Source: a bacterium
GTDB taxonomy: Bacteria > Bacillota > Clostridia > Oscillospirales > Oscillospiraceae
NCBI GenBank assembly: GCA_963613665.1
Contig: CAVEAL010000008.1
Coordinates: forward strand, 14,943 to 78,942
Length of the DNA stretch: 64,000 nt
Direction: 5' to 3'
Part shown: in pieces, positions 9,267 to 18,082 of the stretch
Layout: every line of letters begins with the position of its first letter
Position numbering within the stretch: the stretch's first letter is position 1
Position numbers and translations under genes: made by a program
The notes under the pieces: generated by a model
Told to the model about the DNA's origin: nothing
Databases searched by the model: none
Seen by the model: only the letters and a program-made list of their open reading frames with translations

Positions 9267-10052
9267 CTAAAAAAGCAGCATACGGTCGTTGTCGAGGGCT
9301 TTGCCGGAGCCGGCCTTGAAGCGATCGAGGAAATCCTGCACGGTCATGCCCTCGCGCTCTGCGCCGGATACGTCCATGATGATATTGCCCTTGTCCATCA
9401 TAAGCGTGCGGTTTCCGAGATCGAGCGCCGACTGCATGTTGTGAGTTATCATCATACAGGTGATCTTTCCCTCGGCGACTATTTCTTTCGTGAGCTCAAG
9501 CACCTTTTCCGCCGTGCCGGGATCGAGCGCTGCGGTGTGCTCGTCAAGAAGCAGGAGCTTGGGCGGAACGACCGTAGCCATGAGCAGCGTCAGTGCCTGA
9601 CGCTGGCCTCCGGAGAGCAGTCCGACCGGCTGGGTGAGCCGATCCTCGAGCCCCATGCCCAGAAGCGCGAGCTTTTCGCGGAACAGTGCACGGTCGGCCT
9701 TCGTGATGTGAGAAAACCAGCCGCCGCTTTTAGCTGCCATCGCAAGGTTTTCCTCAATGCTCATGCCCGGCGCACTGCCGCGCATGGGATCCTGAAAGAG
9801 CCTGCCGATATCGTGTGCGCGCTTGTGCTCGGGCATAAAGGTGATGTCGCGCCCGTCGAGCTCAATGCTGCCGCCGTCGGTGTAGAAGCTGCCGGCAATG
9901 GCGTTGAACAGCGTCGATTTACCCGCGCCGTTTGCACCGATAATGGTGATGAAATCGCCGTCACGCACGTCGAGAGTGAGGCCGCTGAGTGCGGTCTTTT
10001 CGTTGACCGTTCCGGGGTTGAAGGTCTTGCTTATGTTGTTGAGTTTGAGCAT
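9267..10052 (-). CDS. ABC transporter ATP-binding protein
   Basis: Walker A GANGAGKST, signature LSGGQRQ, Walker B LLLLDEHTAALD. Start at MLKLNNISK. Confidence 0.85.
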   Translation of the reverse strand: MLKLNNISKTFNPGTVNEKTALSGLTLDVRDGDFITIIGANGAGKSTLFNAIAGSFYTDGGSIELDGRDITFMPEHKRAHDIGRLFQDPMRGSAPGMSIEENLAMAAKSGGWFSHITKADRALFREKLALLGMGLEDRLTQPVGLLSGGQRQALTLLMATVVPPKLLLLDEHTAALDPGTAEKVLELTKEIVAEGKITCMMITHNMQSALDLGNRTLMMDKGNIIMDVSGAEREGMTVQDFLDRFKAGSGKALDNDRMLLF

Positions 10053-10053
10053 A

Positions 10054-10986
10054 TCACACACCGCCCTTCTGCGTTCTGAAGCCAAGCCGCCGCTTTATCA
10101 TCGGCATCTGCTTTTTCAGATAAGGTACGGAGATGGCAAGCACCACGATGACGGAGGATATGAGCTTGAGCATGAATGCCGGCATATCGAAGCGCAGCGC
10201 GATCGTATATACGAGCCTGAACAGTATCGAGCCGAGTACCACGCCCACGGCGCGGCTGAATATGCCGCCCCTGCCGAGAATAACGCCGCCGATGAGCAGC
10301 GAGGCCAGCGCGATGGTGACCATACCGGTGCCGATGTTTATATCAACGGCCTTCTGCGACTGTGCCAGCAGGCAGCCGGACAGCGCCGTGAACGAGCCGG
10401 CGATGCACAGACCGACCGTTGTCGTGAATACCGTGTTTATCGACGACGAGCGCACCATATCGGGATTGTTGCCCGTCGCCCGGATGGCAAGGCCGAGCCG
10501 CGTTTTGAGAAACAGCGTGAGCAGAACGAGGATGACGATGACCGCGATGAGTGCGACCGCAAGCTTGTACTGCTTTGCAAGGACCGTGCCCTTGAGAAGA
10601 TCCTTCATGAGTGAAAAAACGGTGTCCACCTTGTTCATGTTCAGCAGCGACGAGCCTCCCATGATGGCTATGTTTATTGAATAAAGTCCCGTGTTCACGA
10701 TGATGCCGGCAAGCAGACTGTCAACGCCGAGTCTGGTCTGTAAAACGGCGGTTATGAAGCCCGAGCACACGCCGGCAGCCATCGCGGCGGGTATCGCAAG
10801 ATACGGATGCCCCGAGATGGCCACGACCGCGCCGACCGCGGCACCGAGGGTGAAGCAGCCGTCGGTGGACAGGTCGCACACATTGAGCATGCTGTAGCTC
10901 AGATACAGCGCGAGCACCGTCAGCGAGCAGATAAGCCCCAGCTCAAGCGCTGTCTGCCCAAGGCTCAGTATCGTTGCAATATCCAT
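10054..10986 (-). CDS. ABC transporter permease
   Basis: 310-aa polytopic protein. Paralog of the permease at 19132-20115 (shared DLSTDGxFTLGAAV / RATGNNPxM motifs). Confidence 0.85.
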   Translation of the reverse strand: MDIATILSLGQTALELGLICSLTVLALYLSYSMLNVCDLSTDGCFTLGAAVGAVVAISGHPYLAIPAAMAAGVCSGFITAVLQTRLGVDSLLAGIIVNTGLYSINIAIMGGSSLLNMNKVDTVFSLMKDLLKGTVLAKQYKLAVALIAVIVILVLLTLFLKTRLGLAIRATGNNPDMVRSSSINTVFTTTVGLCIAGSFTALSGCLLAQSQKAVDINIGTGMVTIALASLLIGGVILGRGGIFSRAVGVVLGSILFRLVYTIALRFDMPAFMLKLISSVIVVLAISVPYLKKQMPMIKRRLGFRTQKGGV

Positions 10987-11010
10987 GTCGTTTCCTCTTT
11001 TCGGGTGTTA

Positions 11011-12075
11011 TTACTGCTCAATGTCGCTGAAGCTCTCAGCGGTGGTGATGGTGTTTATCTTTGTGCAGTAGGGCTCGAATGCCGCTGCAACGGTATCGTA
11101 ATCATAGCCGAGCTCGGCACAGATCTCGGTGTTTATGGTAGCCGTGCCGTTATCGAAGGTCTTGACTGCGGTGGCCGCGGGGTCTGCGCCGTTGATGAGG
11201 ATGTCGGCGACCATGTTCGCGGTCTCGACGCCGAGGTTTGCGTAGTCAACGCCGTAGCCGAGGAATGCACCGTTGAGTGCGAAGGAGTCGGCGCCGGTGT
11301 AGTGGGGGATGCCGGCTTTTGCAAGAGTCTCGTAGATGGCAAGCTCTGCCTTCATGATGGAGTTGTCGGTCGGGGTGAACACTGCGTCAACGCCGTCGGC
11401 AACCATTGCCTGAGCAGCGAGCATGACCTCGTCCGCGGTGGAGCCTGTGTGCTCGACGATCTCAACGCCCTTGCCCGTGAGGTATTCCTTTGCCGCTGCG
11501 ATGGAAGCTGCCGAGGAGTCCTGGCCGACGTCGTACAGCAGGCCGATCTTCTTTGCGTCGGGGTCGTTTGCGAAAATAAGGTTCATGATAGCCTCTGCGT
11601 CGAGGTAGTCGCTCGTTCCGGTGACGTTCGCGCCCGGAGCCTCGAGGCTCTCAACGAGCTCGGCGCCGACGGGGTCGGAAACGGCGGAGAACACGACGGG
11701 GATCCCGTTATCCTCGGTCAGAGCCTGCATGCGCATTGCAACGGGAGTCGCAACGCCGACCATGAGGTCAACGTCTTCTGCGATGAAGTTGGAGATTATC
11801 TGCTCCATAACGGTAGCATCGGCGTTGCAGTTATCGTAGCTCACCTCGAAGGTGACGCCCTTTTCCTCGCCGATGGCCTTGAGCTGAGCCTGAATGTTTT
11901 CGACAATCTGGTTGAGGGATGCATCGTCAACGTAGTTGCAGATGCCGACCTTGTAGACCTTTGCGCTGTCGCCGTCGCCGCTGCTTGAGTCCGTGCTGCC
12001 GCAGGCGCAGAGGGTGAATACCATTGCCATTGCGCATACAAGCGCGAGTGCCTTTTTGATGATTGCGTTTTTCAT
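11011..12075 (-). CDS. ABC transporter substrate-binding lipoprotein (ABC_sub_bind type)
   Basis: Start MKNAIIKKALALVCAMAMVFTLCACGS (lipobox) with GGAGGAAAA upstream. Paralog of 18083-19054. Confidence 0.85.
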   Translation of the reverse strand: MKNAIIKKALALVCAMAMVFTLCACGSTDSSSGDGDSAKVYKVGICNYVDDASLNQIVENIQAQLKAIGEEKGVTFEVSYDNCNADATVMEQIISNFIAEDVDLMVGVATPVAMRMQALTEDNGIPVVFSAVSDPVGAELVESLEAPGANVTGTSDYLDAEAIMNLIFANDPDAKKIGLLYDVGQDSSAASIAAAKEYLTGKGVEIVEHTGSTADEVMLAAQAMVADGVDAVFTPTDNSIMKAELAIYETLAKAGIPHYTGADSFALNGAFLGYGVDYANLGVETANMVADILINGADPAATAVKTFDNGTATINTEICAELGYDYDTVAAAFEPYCTKINTITTAESFSDIEQ

Positions 12076-12137
12076 TGTTTTTTCCTCCAAAAAAGTTTTT
12101 TGACTTGGGTGCAGATGGAGGGGAGCTTGCTTATAAA

Positions 12138-12412
12138 ACAAAAAAAGCAGCCTCCTATCCCAACAATGGGACAAGAGCTGCGCTCCTGCGATACCACCCA
12201 AATTGACGAAAAATTCGTCCGCTCGCTTATGCGTACCATCATACGCATCCCGATTGATAACGGGAGGGATCCCGTCGGCATCTACTCAAGCAAACGCTTT
12301 TTCAAGCCGCCCTCCGAAGTCCATTCATTCCGCGCCCACGACCGTGATCTCACCGCCCACGGTTCTCTTAACGCCTGCTTTCCGGAACTACTACTCTTCG
12401 TCACAGGTTTGA
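12138..12412 (-). promoter_or_regulatory. T-box leader (tRNA-sensing riboswitch) controlling the ABC operon
   Basis: Read on the minus strand: AAGAGA and GGTGAGA stem-I elements, an F-box-like CCGTTA, the T-box core AATTTGGGTGGTATCGCAGG (12189-12204), then a terminator hairpin plus T7. Candidate specifier UGG followed by A at 12321-12323. Confidence 0.75.
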
Positions 12413-12419
12413 TGCTGCA

Positions 12420-12447
12420 ATTATAGCACCTTGTTTTCGCTTGTCAA
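12420..12447 (-). promoter_or_regulatory. sigma-A type promoter for the T-box/ABC operon
   Basis: Minus strand reads TTGACA-16 nt-TATAAT with a TGC extended -10. Confidence 0.6.
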
Positions 12448-12491
12448 GCCCCAAAATCAAAAAATTACTGAAAAAATTTTTGCGTTTGCTA

Positions 12492-12520
12492 TTGCAAATT
12501 TCCTGCCCGTCGTTTATAAT
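12492..12520 (+). promoter_or_regulatory. sigma-A type promoter of the giant surface-protein gene
   Basis: TTGCAA (12492-12497), 17-nt spacer, TATAAT (12515-12520). Confidence 0.55.
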
Positions 12521-12560
12521 GCACAGTAACTTGATAGGAAATAAATTTTTTTGCAAGACG

Positions 12561-12700
12561 GTTAGCGGCCGCTAACTCAAAGCAAATTTTTTTCAGGATC
12601 AGTTAGCAACTGCTAACTCGCCCCGGAAAAGTCGAAGCCCCCACTGCGAGGACTTGGAGCTGAGATAGTATACCATCCAGTTAGCATATGCTAACTGGAT
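12561..12700. repeat. three copies of inverted repeat (A)GTTAGC-N4-GCTAAC(T)
   Basis: Copies at 12561-12576 gttagcggccgctaac and 12601-12618 agttagcaactgctaact. The third, at 12675-12700, is the perfect 26-nt palindrome atccagttagcatatgctaactggat. Confidence 0.9.
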
Positions 12701-12724
12701 GTGAATAAAAAGAAAGGAAGACAC

Positions 12725-15700
12725 ATGAAAACAAGAACCAAGACAACAAAGCTCCTGTCGCTGCTGCTTGCCGCGATCATGGTGCTGAGCCTTCTGCCCG
12801 TAACGGCGCTTGCCGCGACGGTGGATAACGGCTGCACACCCGGAACGTATACAGGCACGGCGCAGGGCTTCAAGGGAGACGTAACTGTTACAGTTACCCT
12901 TGAAGAGAAGGACGGAAATGTCGTCATAAGCGGCATTGAGGCAACGGGCGAAAGCGAAACGCCCACATACTGGGCAAGCGCCGTGGCTGTTCTCGACACG
13001 ATCAAGGAGAACAACGGCACCGACGGCGTTGATGCCGTCTCCGGCGCAACGAAAAGCTCCACCGGCATCATCAACGCGACGAATGAAGCGCTCGGCAAGG
13101 CAAATCCCAAGCCCTCCGGCAGCGGCGAGATGAATGATCCTTATGTCATCATGAACGCCACGCAGCTTCAGTGGCTTGCAACGAGCGTTGACAACGGCAA
13201 TAGCTTTCAGGGCGAGTACGTTGTCCTCGGCGCGGACATCGACCTGAGCTCAATTGAAAGCTGGAACCCCATCGGTGTCGAGAACGAAAGCGGGAATATC
13301 TTCCGCGGCACGTTTGACGGCAAGGGCTACAGCATCAAGGGTCTCACGATAAATGCAACTCTCACGAGCGGTGTCGGCAACTATGGACTGTTTTCTACGC
13401 TTGGCAATCAGGCAGTAGTCAAGAATGTCAATGTCAGCGGCGCAGATATTTCCGTAGTATCGACCGGCGATAAGGTGCTGGCGGGCGTGATAGCGGGCTA
13501 TACCGAAAAAGCTGAGGTAACCGGAGACGCAGGTATAGGCACCAGCATAGACTCCTGCTCCGCGACCGGCAGCGTTTCGGCTGTATCAAACAGTGATAAG
13601 CTGACCTATGCCGGCGGCATCATCGCATGGATGAACAGCGGAACCGCGATCACCAACTGCTGGACCGATGCAAGTGTAAGCGCAGTTGCCTCGCCTACCT
13701 CCGGCAAAAACAGTATGGCAGGCGGTATCGTAGGCAACAGCAGCCAAAATATCCTCATAGCAAACTGCGCGACCTTCGGCAATGTCTATGCTGAAACTCC
13801 GGCTGCTACCAATTACGGCGGCTTGGGCGGCGGCATCGTCGGCCTGATGGCCGGTAAGCAGTACAATGCTTATGCCGTCGGAGATGTCACCGTCGGCAAC
13901 GGCGGCCTGACTAAAGGCCATGTCTGGGTAGGCGCACTTGACGGCATGGTCACGTCCACCGGCATTACCAAGGATGCTTCGGGCAATTATACCATATATC
14001 CCGAGCAGGGCGCATTCCGCCTAGACAACTACTATGCCTCCGATGCAGTCCTCAAGATGAAGGTATACACCGACAGCGGCAGCACTCTGAGCGAGACAAA
14101 GACCATCGAAACCGTTGACCGCGGATACTCCGCCGCGATGAATACGGTAGATAAGGCCATGGTATCGACACCCATGACCAAGGCCGATATGGCCACGGCA
14201 GCCTTCGCTGAGACCCTTAACGGCAATATAAAGGAGATAAACGGAATTCTCGCGGCCTACGGCATTACCGGCATCGCGCTGCGCGAGTGGCAGCTCGTTA
14301 ACGGCCGTGTACTGCCCACAGGCAGTGTCTGGACCTCCGGCGATATCGATGCATCCGTCTTCGCCTCCGGCGACGGCAGCGAGGAAAACCCGTATATCAT
14401 CAGCACCGCAGATCAGCTCAAGGCCTTCGCGGGCTTGATGAACGAAAAGATCGACTACACCGGCAAATACGTCGCGCTGGGTGCAGATATTGCCGTCACC
14501 GGCGACTGGACGCCCATCGGCGGCAGCGACTACCTCTTTAACGGCACCTTCGACGGCAAGGGCTGCAGCATTACCGGCCTTAGCCTCGGCACGAAGGAAG
14601 CTCCCTATGCGCTCGATAAGGAAAACCTCTATATCGGCCTGTTCGGTCTCCTCGGCGCAAACGCCGTCGTCAAAAACGTCAGGGCAGACGTTGCGTTCTA
14701 TACAAGCTATGAAGCCACGGCGTTTGTCGGCGGCATCGCGGGCTATACCGACGGCAGCAGCGTAAGCGGAGATTACACCGGCGCTGTCATTGACGGCTGC
14801 TATGTCTCCGGCACGATCTCTCATGCCGGCGCAAAGGGCAACCAGAATGTCGGCGGCGTCATCGGTATGCAGTATAAGGGCGCGCTCATCAACAGCGCAT
14901 CGACCGTCAGCGTCTCCAACGTAGTTTCCTCCGGCGATCTTGCCGAGGCGGGCGGCCTTGTCGGTCTCAATAACCGCGGTCTTGTGGCAAACTGCTGGGC
15001 AGACTGCACCGTATACGGCTCCGGCAGCCGCGAAAACGGCAACGAGGGCATGGCCGTTGTAAGCAGCCTCGTGGCCTGCAACGCAGGCGCACTGGTAAAC
15101 TGCTATGCCTCCGGCGACGTGAGCACCTATGAGCACTCAACTTACGCGGGCATGGTCTCCGGCTGGGTCACAGGCATCGGCAAGAGCTACAGCTGCTGGT
15201 ACGATCTCGGCAGCACTATGACTCTCAAGACCGGCGATGCAAATCCGCAGAAGGTAAGCCCCGTCGAGTCCATCGGCACTAAGGTTGCCTCCGGCGTAAA
15301 TGACGAGGGCGACGCATACACCGGCGGCCTCGTCGATAAAATGACCGGCGTAAACGGCGCGGATGCATCCCTTGCCGAGGCACTCAACGCATCCTTTGCA
15401 GCCTTCCCGATTGATATAACGGTCTACGGACTTGATAATGCAAGCCTCAGAACATGGACATTTGACAACTCTCTCGGCTTCGGCAGCGAGGCGGCTTCCG
15501 TCTCCTATGTCCAGCCCGAGTGCGAGAAGGTCGTAAAGCCGGAGCTTACGCTCCTCGACGGCACATGGTACGGCCGCGACGACGATAAGCTGAGCGTTGT
15601 GTCCATCGAGGTGAAGGACGGCAGGATCGTAAAGACCGTCATCTCCGGCGAGAGCGAGGGCGAGGCTTACAAAGCGGCTCTCGAAAAGGCAAAGTACAAG

Positions 15701-17665
15701 GCCACCTACGGCGACTTCTCCGACTACGCTGCAGCAGATCCGGGCAAATTTGCAGGCGGCAGCGGCACGGCCGAGGATCCCTACCTCATCGCAAACGAGG
15801 CGCAGCTGCGTTATCTGTCGGGCTCCGTGAACGCGGACGTCAGCTGGAGCGGAGTATACTTCAGGCAGACCGCGGACATCACCCTGAGCGGTCAGTGGCA
15901 GCCCATCGGCTGGGCGCTCAACGGTGAGGTCGGCGGCAAGAAGAGCCAGATCTGCGCATACCCATTCCGCGGCAATTATGACGGCGGCGGCTACAGCATC
16001 TCCGGCCTTACGATCGGCAGCGCGGACGCTCCCGCCGACATGATGACGGCAGGCCTGTTCGGCCTTACCTCCGGCGAGTACATCACAAACGACGTGCCCA
16101 CCGGCAGCGAACAGACCGTCACCATAAAGAATGTAAATCTCAAGAACGTTTATATTAACGTTCAGACCCGCTACGAGACCTTTATCGGCGGCCTCGTCGG
16201 CTCTGGTCAGTACGGCATCTATATCGATAACTGCACCGTAACGGGCGAGATCGCCTCGGCAACGAGCGAGAGCTTCAGCCGTGCCGGCGGCATCGGCGGC
16301 AGCGTTATGCGCGGCAGTGTGACAAACAGCGGTGCGGATGTCAAAATCACCGCGGCCACCGATACGAACAATGTCTACGCAGGCGGCTTCTACGGCATGG
16401 ACAACCGCGTGACCACCGTAAACTGCTACGCACTCGGCAGTGTGACCGGCAACTCCACCAATAACAACAAGGTGCACATCGGCGGCTTCGTCGGTCAGGC
16501 CGGCGGCATCCACATCAACTGTTATGCAGCCGGAGACGTGGTCTCGCTCAAGACCACCACCGATGTCGGCATCATCAGCGGACGCAGCGGCGGCATCACC
16601 GTGGACCGCAGCTGCTACTACAACACCGACGCATACCTCAAGCAGGGCGACACCGTCGTCTCTCCGGCGGCGGCCGTCGGCGTAAACGCCAACAATCAGG
16701 CGGTAGTCAGCAATGTAGCAGGCAAGACCGCCTCCGAGCTCAAGAGCGCGGACTTTGCAAAGCTCCTTACCGCAAACACCGGCAAGGAGGAGATGGAAGC
16801 ATCCGCTCAGGTCGTTGCCGAGGCGCTTGCAGCTCAGGCAGAGCGCGGCTTTGACCAGCAAAACTACTACACCGGCAATGAACTCCTCGGCTGGACGGCC
16901 GACGGCAGCGGCTATGCCGTGCTGAGCTCCTCCGCGGAGCCCGATCCCGTAAAGCCCACGCACAGCCACAGCATCGTTGCCGATGCCGCAATAGCGCCGA
17001 CCTGCACAGAAACCGGCCTCACCGAGGGCAGCCACTGCTCGACCTGCAATGCGGTCATCACCGCACAGGAGACCGTTCCCGCACTCGGCCACAGCTTCTC
17101 TGACGGCGTGTGCACCGTCTGCGGCGCAAAGGATCCCGCATACAATCCCTTTGCTGACGTGAAGGAAGATTCGTTCTACGGCGACGCTGTCATCTGGGCG
17201 GCGGCAAACGGCATCACCAAGGGCACGACGGCTACGACCTTCAGCCCCGACGACGGCTGCACCCGCGCTCAGATCGTCACCTTCCTGTACCGCGCCGCAG
17301 GCTCTCCCAAGCCCGAAAACGTCAAGAACCCCTTCACTGACGTTAGCGAGAGCAGCGTATACTACGACGCTGTCATGTGGGCGGTATCCGAGGGCATCAC
17401 CAAGGGCACGACGGCGACGACCTTCAGCCCCGACAAGGTCTGCACCCGCGCCGAGATCGTTGCCTTCCTGTACCGCGCGTCCGGCGATGCACAGACCGGC
17501 ACTGCGGCCCGGTTCACGGACGTTGCGACCGGTGCATGGTGCGCCGAGGCCGTCGCATGGGCGGCGGCAAACGGCGTGACCAAGGGTACGACGGACACGA
17601 CCTTCAGCCCGAACGCAGGCTGCACCCGCGCTCAGGCGGTGACGCTTATTTACAGAGCACAGTAA
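12725..17665 (+). CDS. giant S-layer-anchored surface protein: FMN-binding domain + GLUG-type repeats + 3 SLH domains
   Basis: Signal peptide KLLSLLLAAIMVLSLLPVTALA. FMN_bind-like domain with DAVSGATKSS. Repeated F(R/N)GTFDGKG(Y/C)SIxGL and GG(I/L)(A/V)G blocks. A Cys-rich segment CTETG..HCSTC..CTVCG. Three C-terminal SLH repeats (F.DV...ITKGTT.TTFSP). ATG at 12725 follows GAAAGGAAG. Confidence 0.85.
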   Translation: MKTRTKTTKLLSLLLAAIMVLSLLPVTALAATVDNGCTPGTYTGTAQGFKGDVTVTVTLEEKDGNVVISGIEATGESETPTYWASAVAVLDTIKENNGTDGVDAVSGATKSSTGIINATNEALGKANPKPSGSGEMNDPYVIMNATQLQWLATSVDNGNSFQGEYVVLGADIDLSSIESWNPIGVENESGNIFRGTFDGKGYSIKGLTINATLTSGVGNYGLFSTLGNQAVVKNVNVSGADISVVSTGDKVLAGVIAGYTEKAEVTGDAGIGTSIDSCSATGSVSAVSNSDKLTYAGGIIAWMNSGTAITNCWTDASVSAVASPTSGKNSMAGGIVGNSSQNILIANCATFGNVYAETPAATNYGGLGGGIVGLMAGKQYNAYAVGDVTVGNGGLTKGHVWVGALDGMVTSTGITKDASGNYTIYPEQGAFRLDNYYASDAVLKMKVYTDSGSTLSETKTIETVDRGYSAAMNTVDKAMVSTPMTKADMATAAFAETLNGNIKEINGILAAYGITGIALREWQLVNGRVLPTGSVWTSGDIDASVFASGDGSEENPYIISTADQLKAFAGLMNEKIDYTGKYVALGADIAVTGDWTPIGGSDYLFNGTFDGKGCSITGLSLGTKEAPYALDKENLYIGLFGLLGANAVVKNVRADVAFYTSYEATAFVGGIAGYTDGSSVSGDYTGAVIDGCYVSGTISHAGAKGNQNVGGVIGMQYKGALINSASTVSVSNVVSSGDLAEAGGLVGLNNRGLVANCWADCTVYGSGSRENGNEGMAVVSSLVACNAGALVNCYASGDVSTYEHSTYAGMVSGWVTGIGKSYSCWYDLGSTMTLKTGDANPQKVSPVESIGTKVASGVNDEGDAYTGGLVDKMTGVNGADASLAEALNASFAAFPIDITVYGLDNASLRTWTFDNSLGFGSEAASVSYVQPECEKVVKPELTLLDGTWYGRDDDKLSVVSIEVKDGRIVKTVISGESEGEAYKAALEKAKYKATYGDFSDYAAADPGKFAGGSGTAEDPYLIANEAQLRYLSGSVNADVSWSGVYFRQTADITLSGQWQPIGWALNGEVGGKKSQICAYPFRGNYDGGGYSISGLTIGSADAPADMMTAGLFGLTSGEYITNDVPTGSEQTVTIKNVNLKNVYINVQTRYETFIGGLVGSGQYGIYIDNCTVTGEIASATSESFSRAGGIGGSVMRGSVTNSGADVKITAATDTNNVYAGGFYGMDNRVTTVNCYALGSVTGNSTNNNKVHIGGFVGQAGGIHINCYAAGDVVSLKTTTDVGIISGRSGGITVDRSCYYNTDAYLKQGDTVVSPAAAVGVNANNQAVVSNVAGKTASELKSADFAKLLTANTGKEEMEASAQVVAEALAAQAERGFDQQNYYTGNELLGWTADGSGYAVLSSSAEPDPVKPTHSHSIVADAAIAPTCTETGLTEGSHCSTCNAVITAQETVPALGHSFSDGVCTVCGAKDPAYNPFADVKEDSFYGDAVIWAAANGITKGTTATTFSPDDGCTRAQIVTFLYRAAGSPKPENVKNPFTDVSESSVYYDAVMWAVSEGITKGTTATTFSPDKVCTRAEIVAFLYRASGDAQTGTAARFTDVATGAWCAEAVAWAAANGVTKGTTDTTFSPNAGCTRAQAVTLIYRAQ

Positions 17666-17678
17666 AAGCATTTCCCTG

Positions 17679-17713
17679 CATCCGGCACGTTTTGTGCCGG
17701 ATGTAGTTTTTTT
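17679..17713 (+). terminator. intrinsic terminator
   Basis: catccggcac-gttttg-gtgccggatg followed by a T-run. Confidence 0.8.
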
Positions 17714-17749
17714 CGCGTAATCATATGCATCTTTTGTTGCAATTGACAG

Positions 17750-18036
17750 TTGACTTTTACCGTTTAAAGCGCTATTATTTCGACATGAAAAACACGGTGG
17801 CTTCCACCGGACTTCGGAAAGGAGATACGGCAATGAACATCCGCACGGCAAACGCAATGATCAGCTCCGGCAGACGTGAAGTGTCTGCGGTCTCCTATTT
17901 CGCTTTTAGAGCGGTCTGCTATGCAGACCGATATTTTGCTGCTCTGAATTTGTCCGGCCGGTGTGAATGCCCCGAATGTGTTTCCTGATTGCGGAAAGAC
18001 CAGGGTGCTGCCATTCCGGCGGCGCCCTGTTTTTTT
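17750..18036 (+). promoter_or_regulatory. promoter plus about 250-nt structured leader ending in a terminator (unclassified attenuator/riboswitch candidate)
   Basis: TTGACT-17-TATTAT (17750-17778). Several nested hairpins (ggcagac/gtctgc, ggtctgc/gcagacc). Terminator cagggtgctgcc...ggcggcgccctg + T7 (18001-18036), 46 nt before the ATG of the binding-protein gene. Confidence 0.45.
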
Positions 18037-18082
18037 ATTAAGTTCATCTTTTCAATTTAAATCAGTAAAGGAGAAATCGAGT

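Noticed and set aside
15550-15700. Second FMN_bind-like segment inside the giant protein (LLDGTWYGRDDDKLSVVSIEVKDGRIVKTVISGESEG).
   Set aside because: It resembles only the N-terminal half of the domain and lacks the SGAT-type flavinylation motif. It is not called as a second flavin site.
15137-17857. Very long antisense ORFs opposite real genes. Examples: 906 aa at 15137-17857, 371 aa at 14021-15136, 616 aa at 56179-58029, 428 aa at 38867-40153, 415 aa at 60013-61260, 393 aa at 10807-11988 and 313 aa at 27039-27980.
   Set aside because: They lie opposite genes with clear family signatures. They have Ala/Gly/Arg/Val-rich low-information translations and no ribosome-binding sites. They are the expected stop-codon-poor antisense frames of high-GC coding DNA.
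17785-18036. Second ABC leader as a second T-box.
   Set aside because: It lacks the GGGTGGTACCGCG core (it has GGGTGCTGCC, with no UGGN to pair with the tRNA 3' end), and it lacks AGAGA/GGTGNGA stem-I motifs and an F-box. It is reported instead as an unclassified leader.
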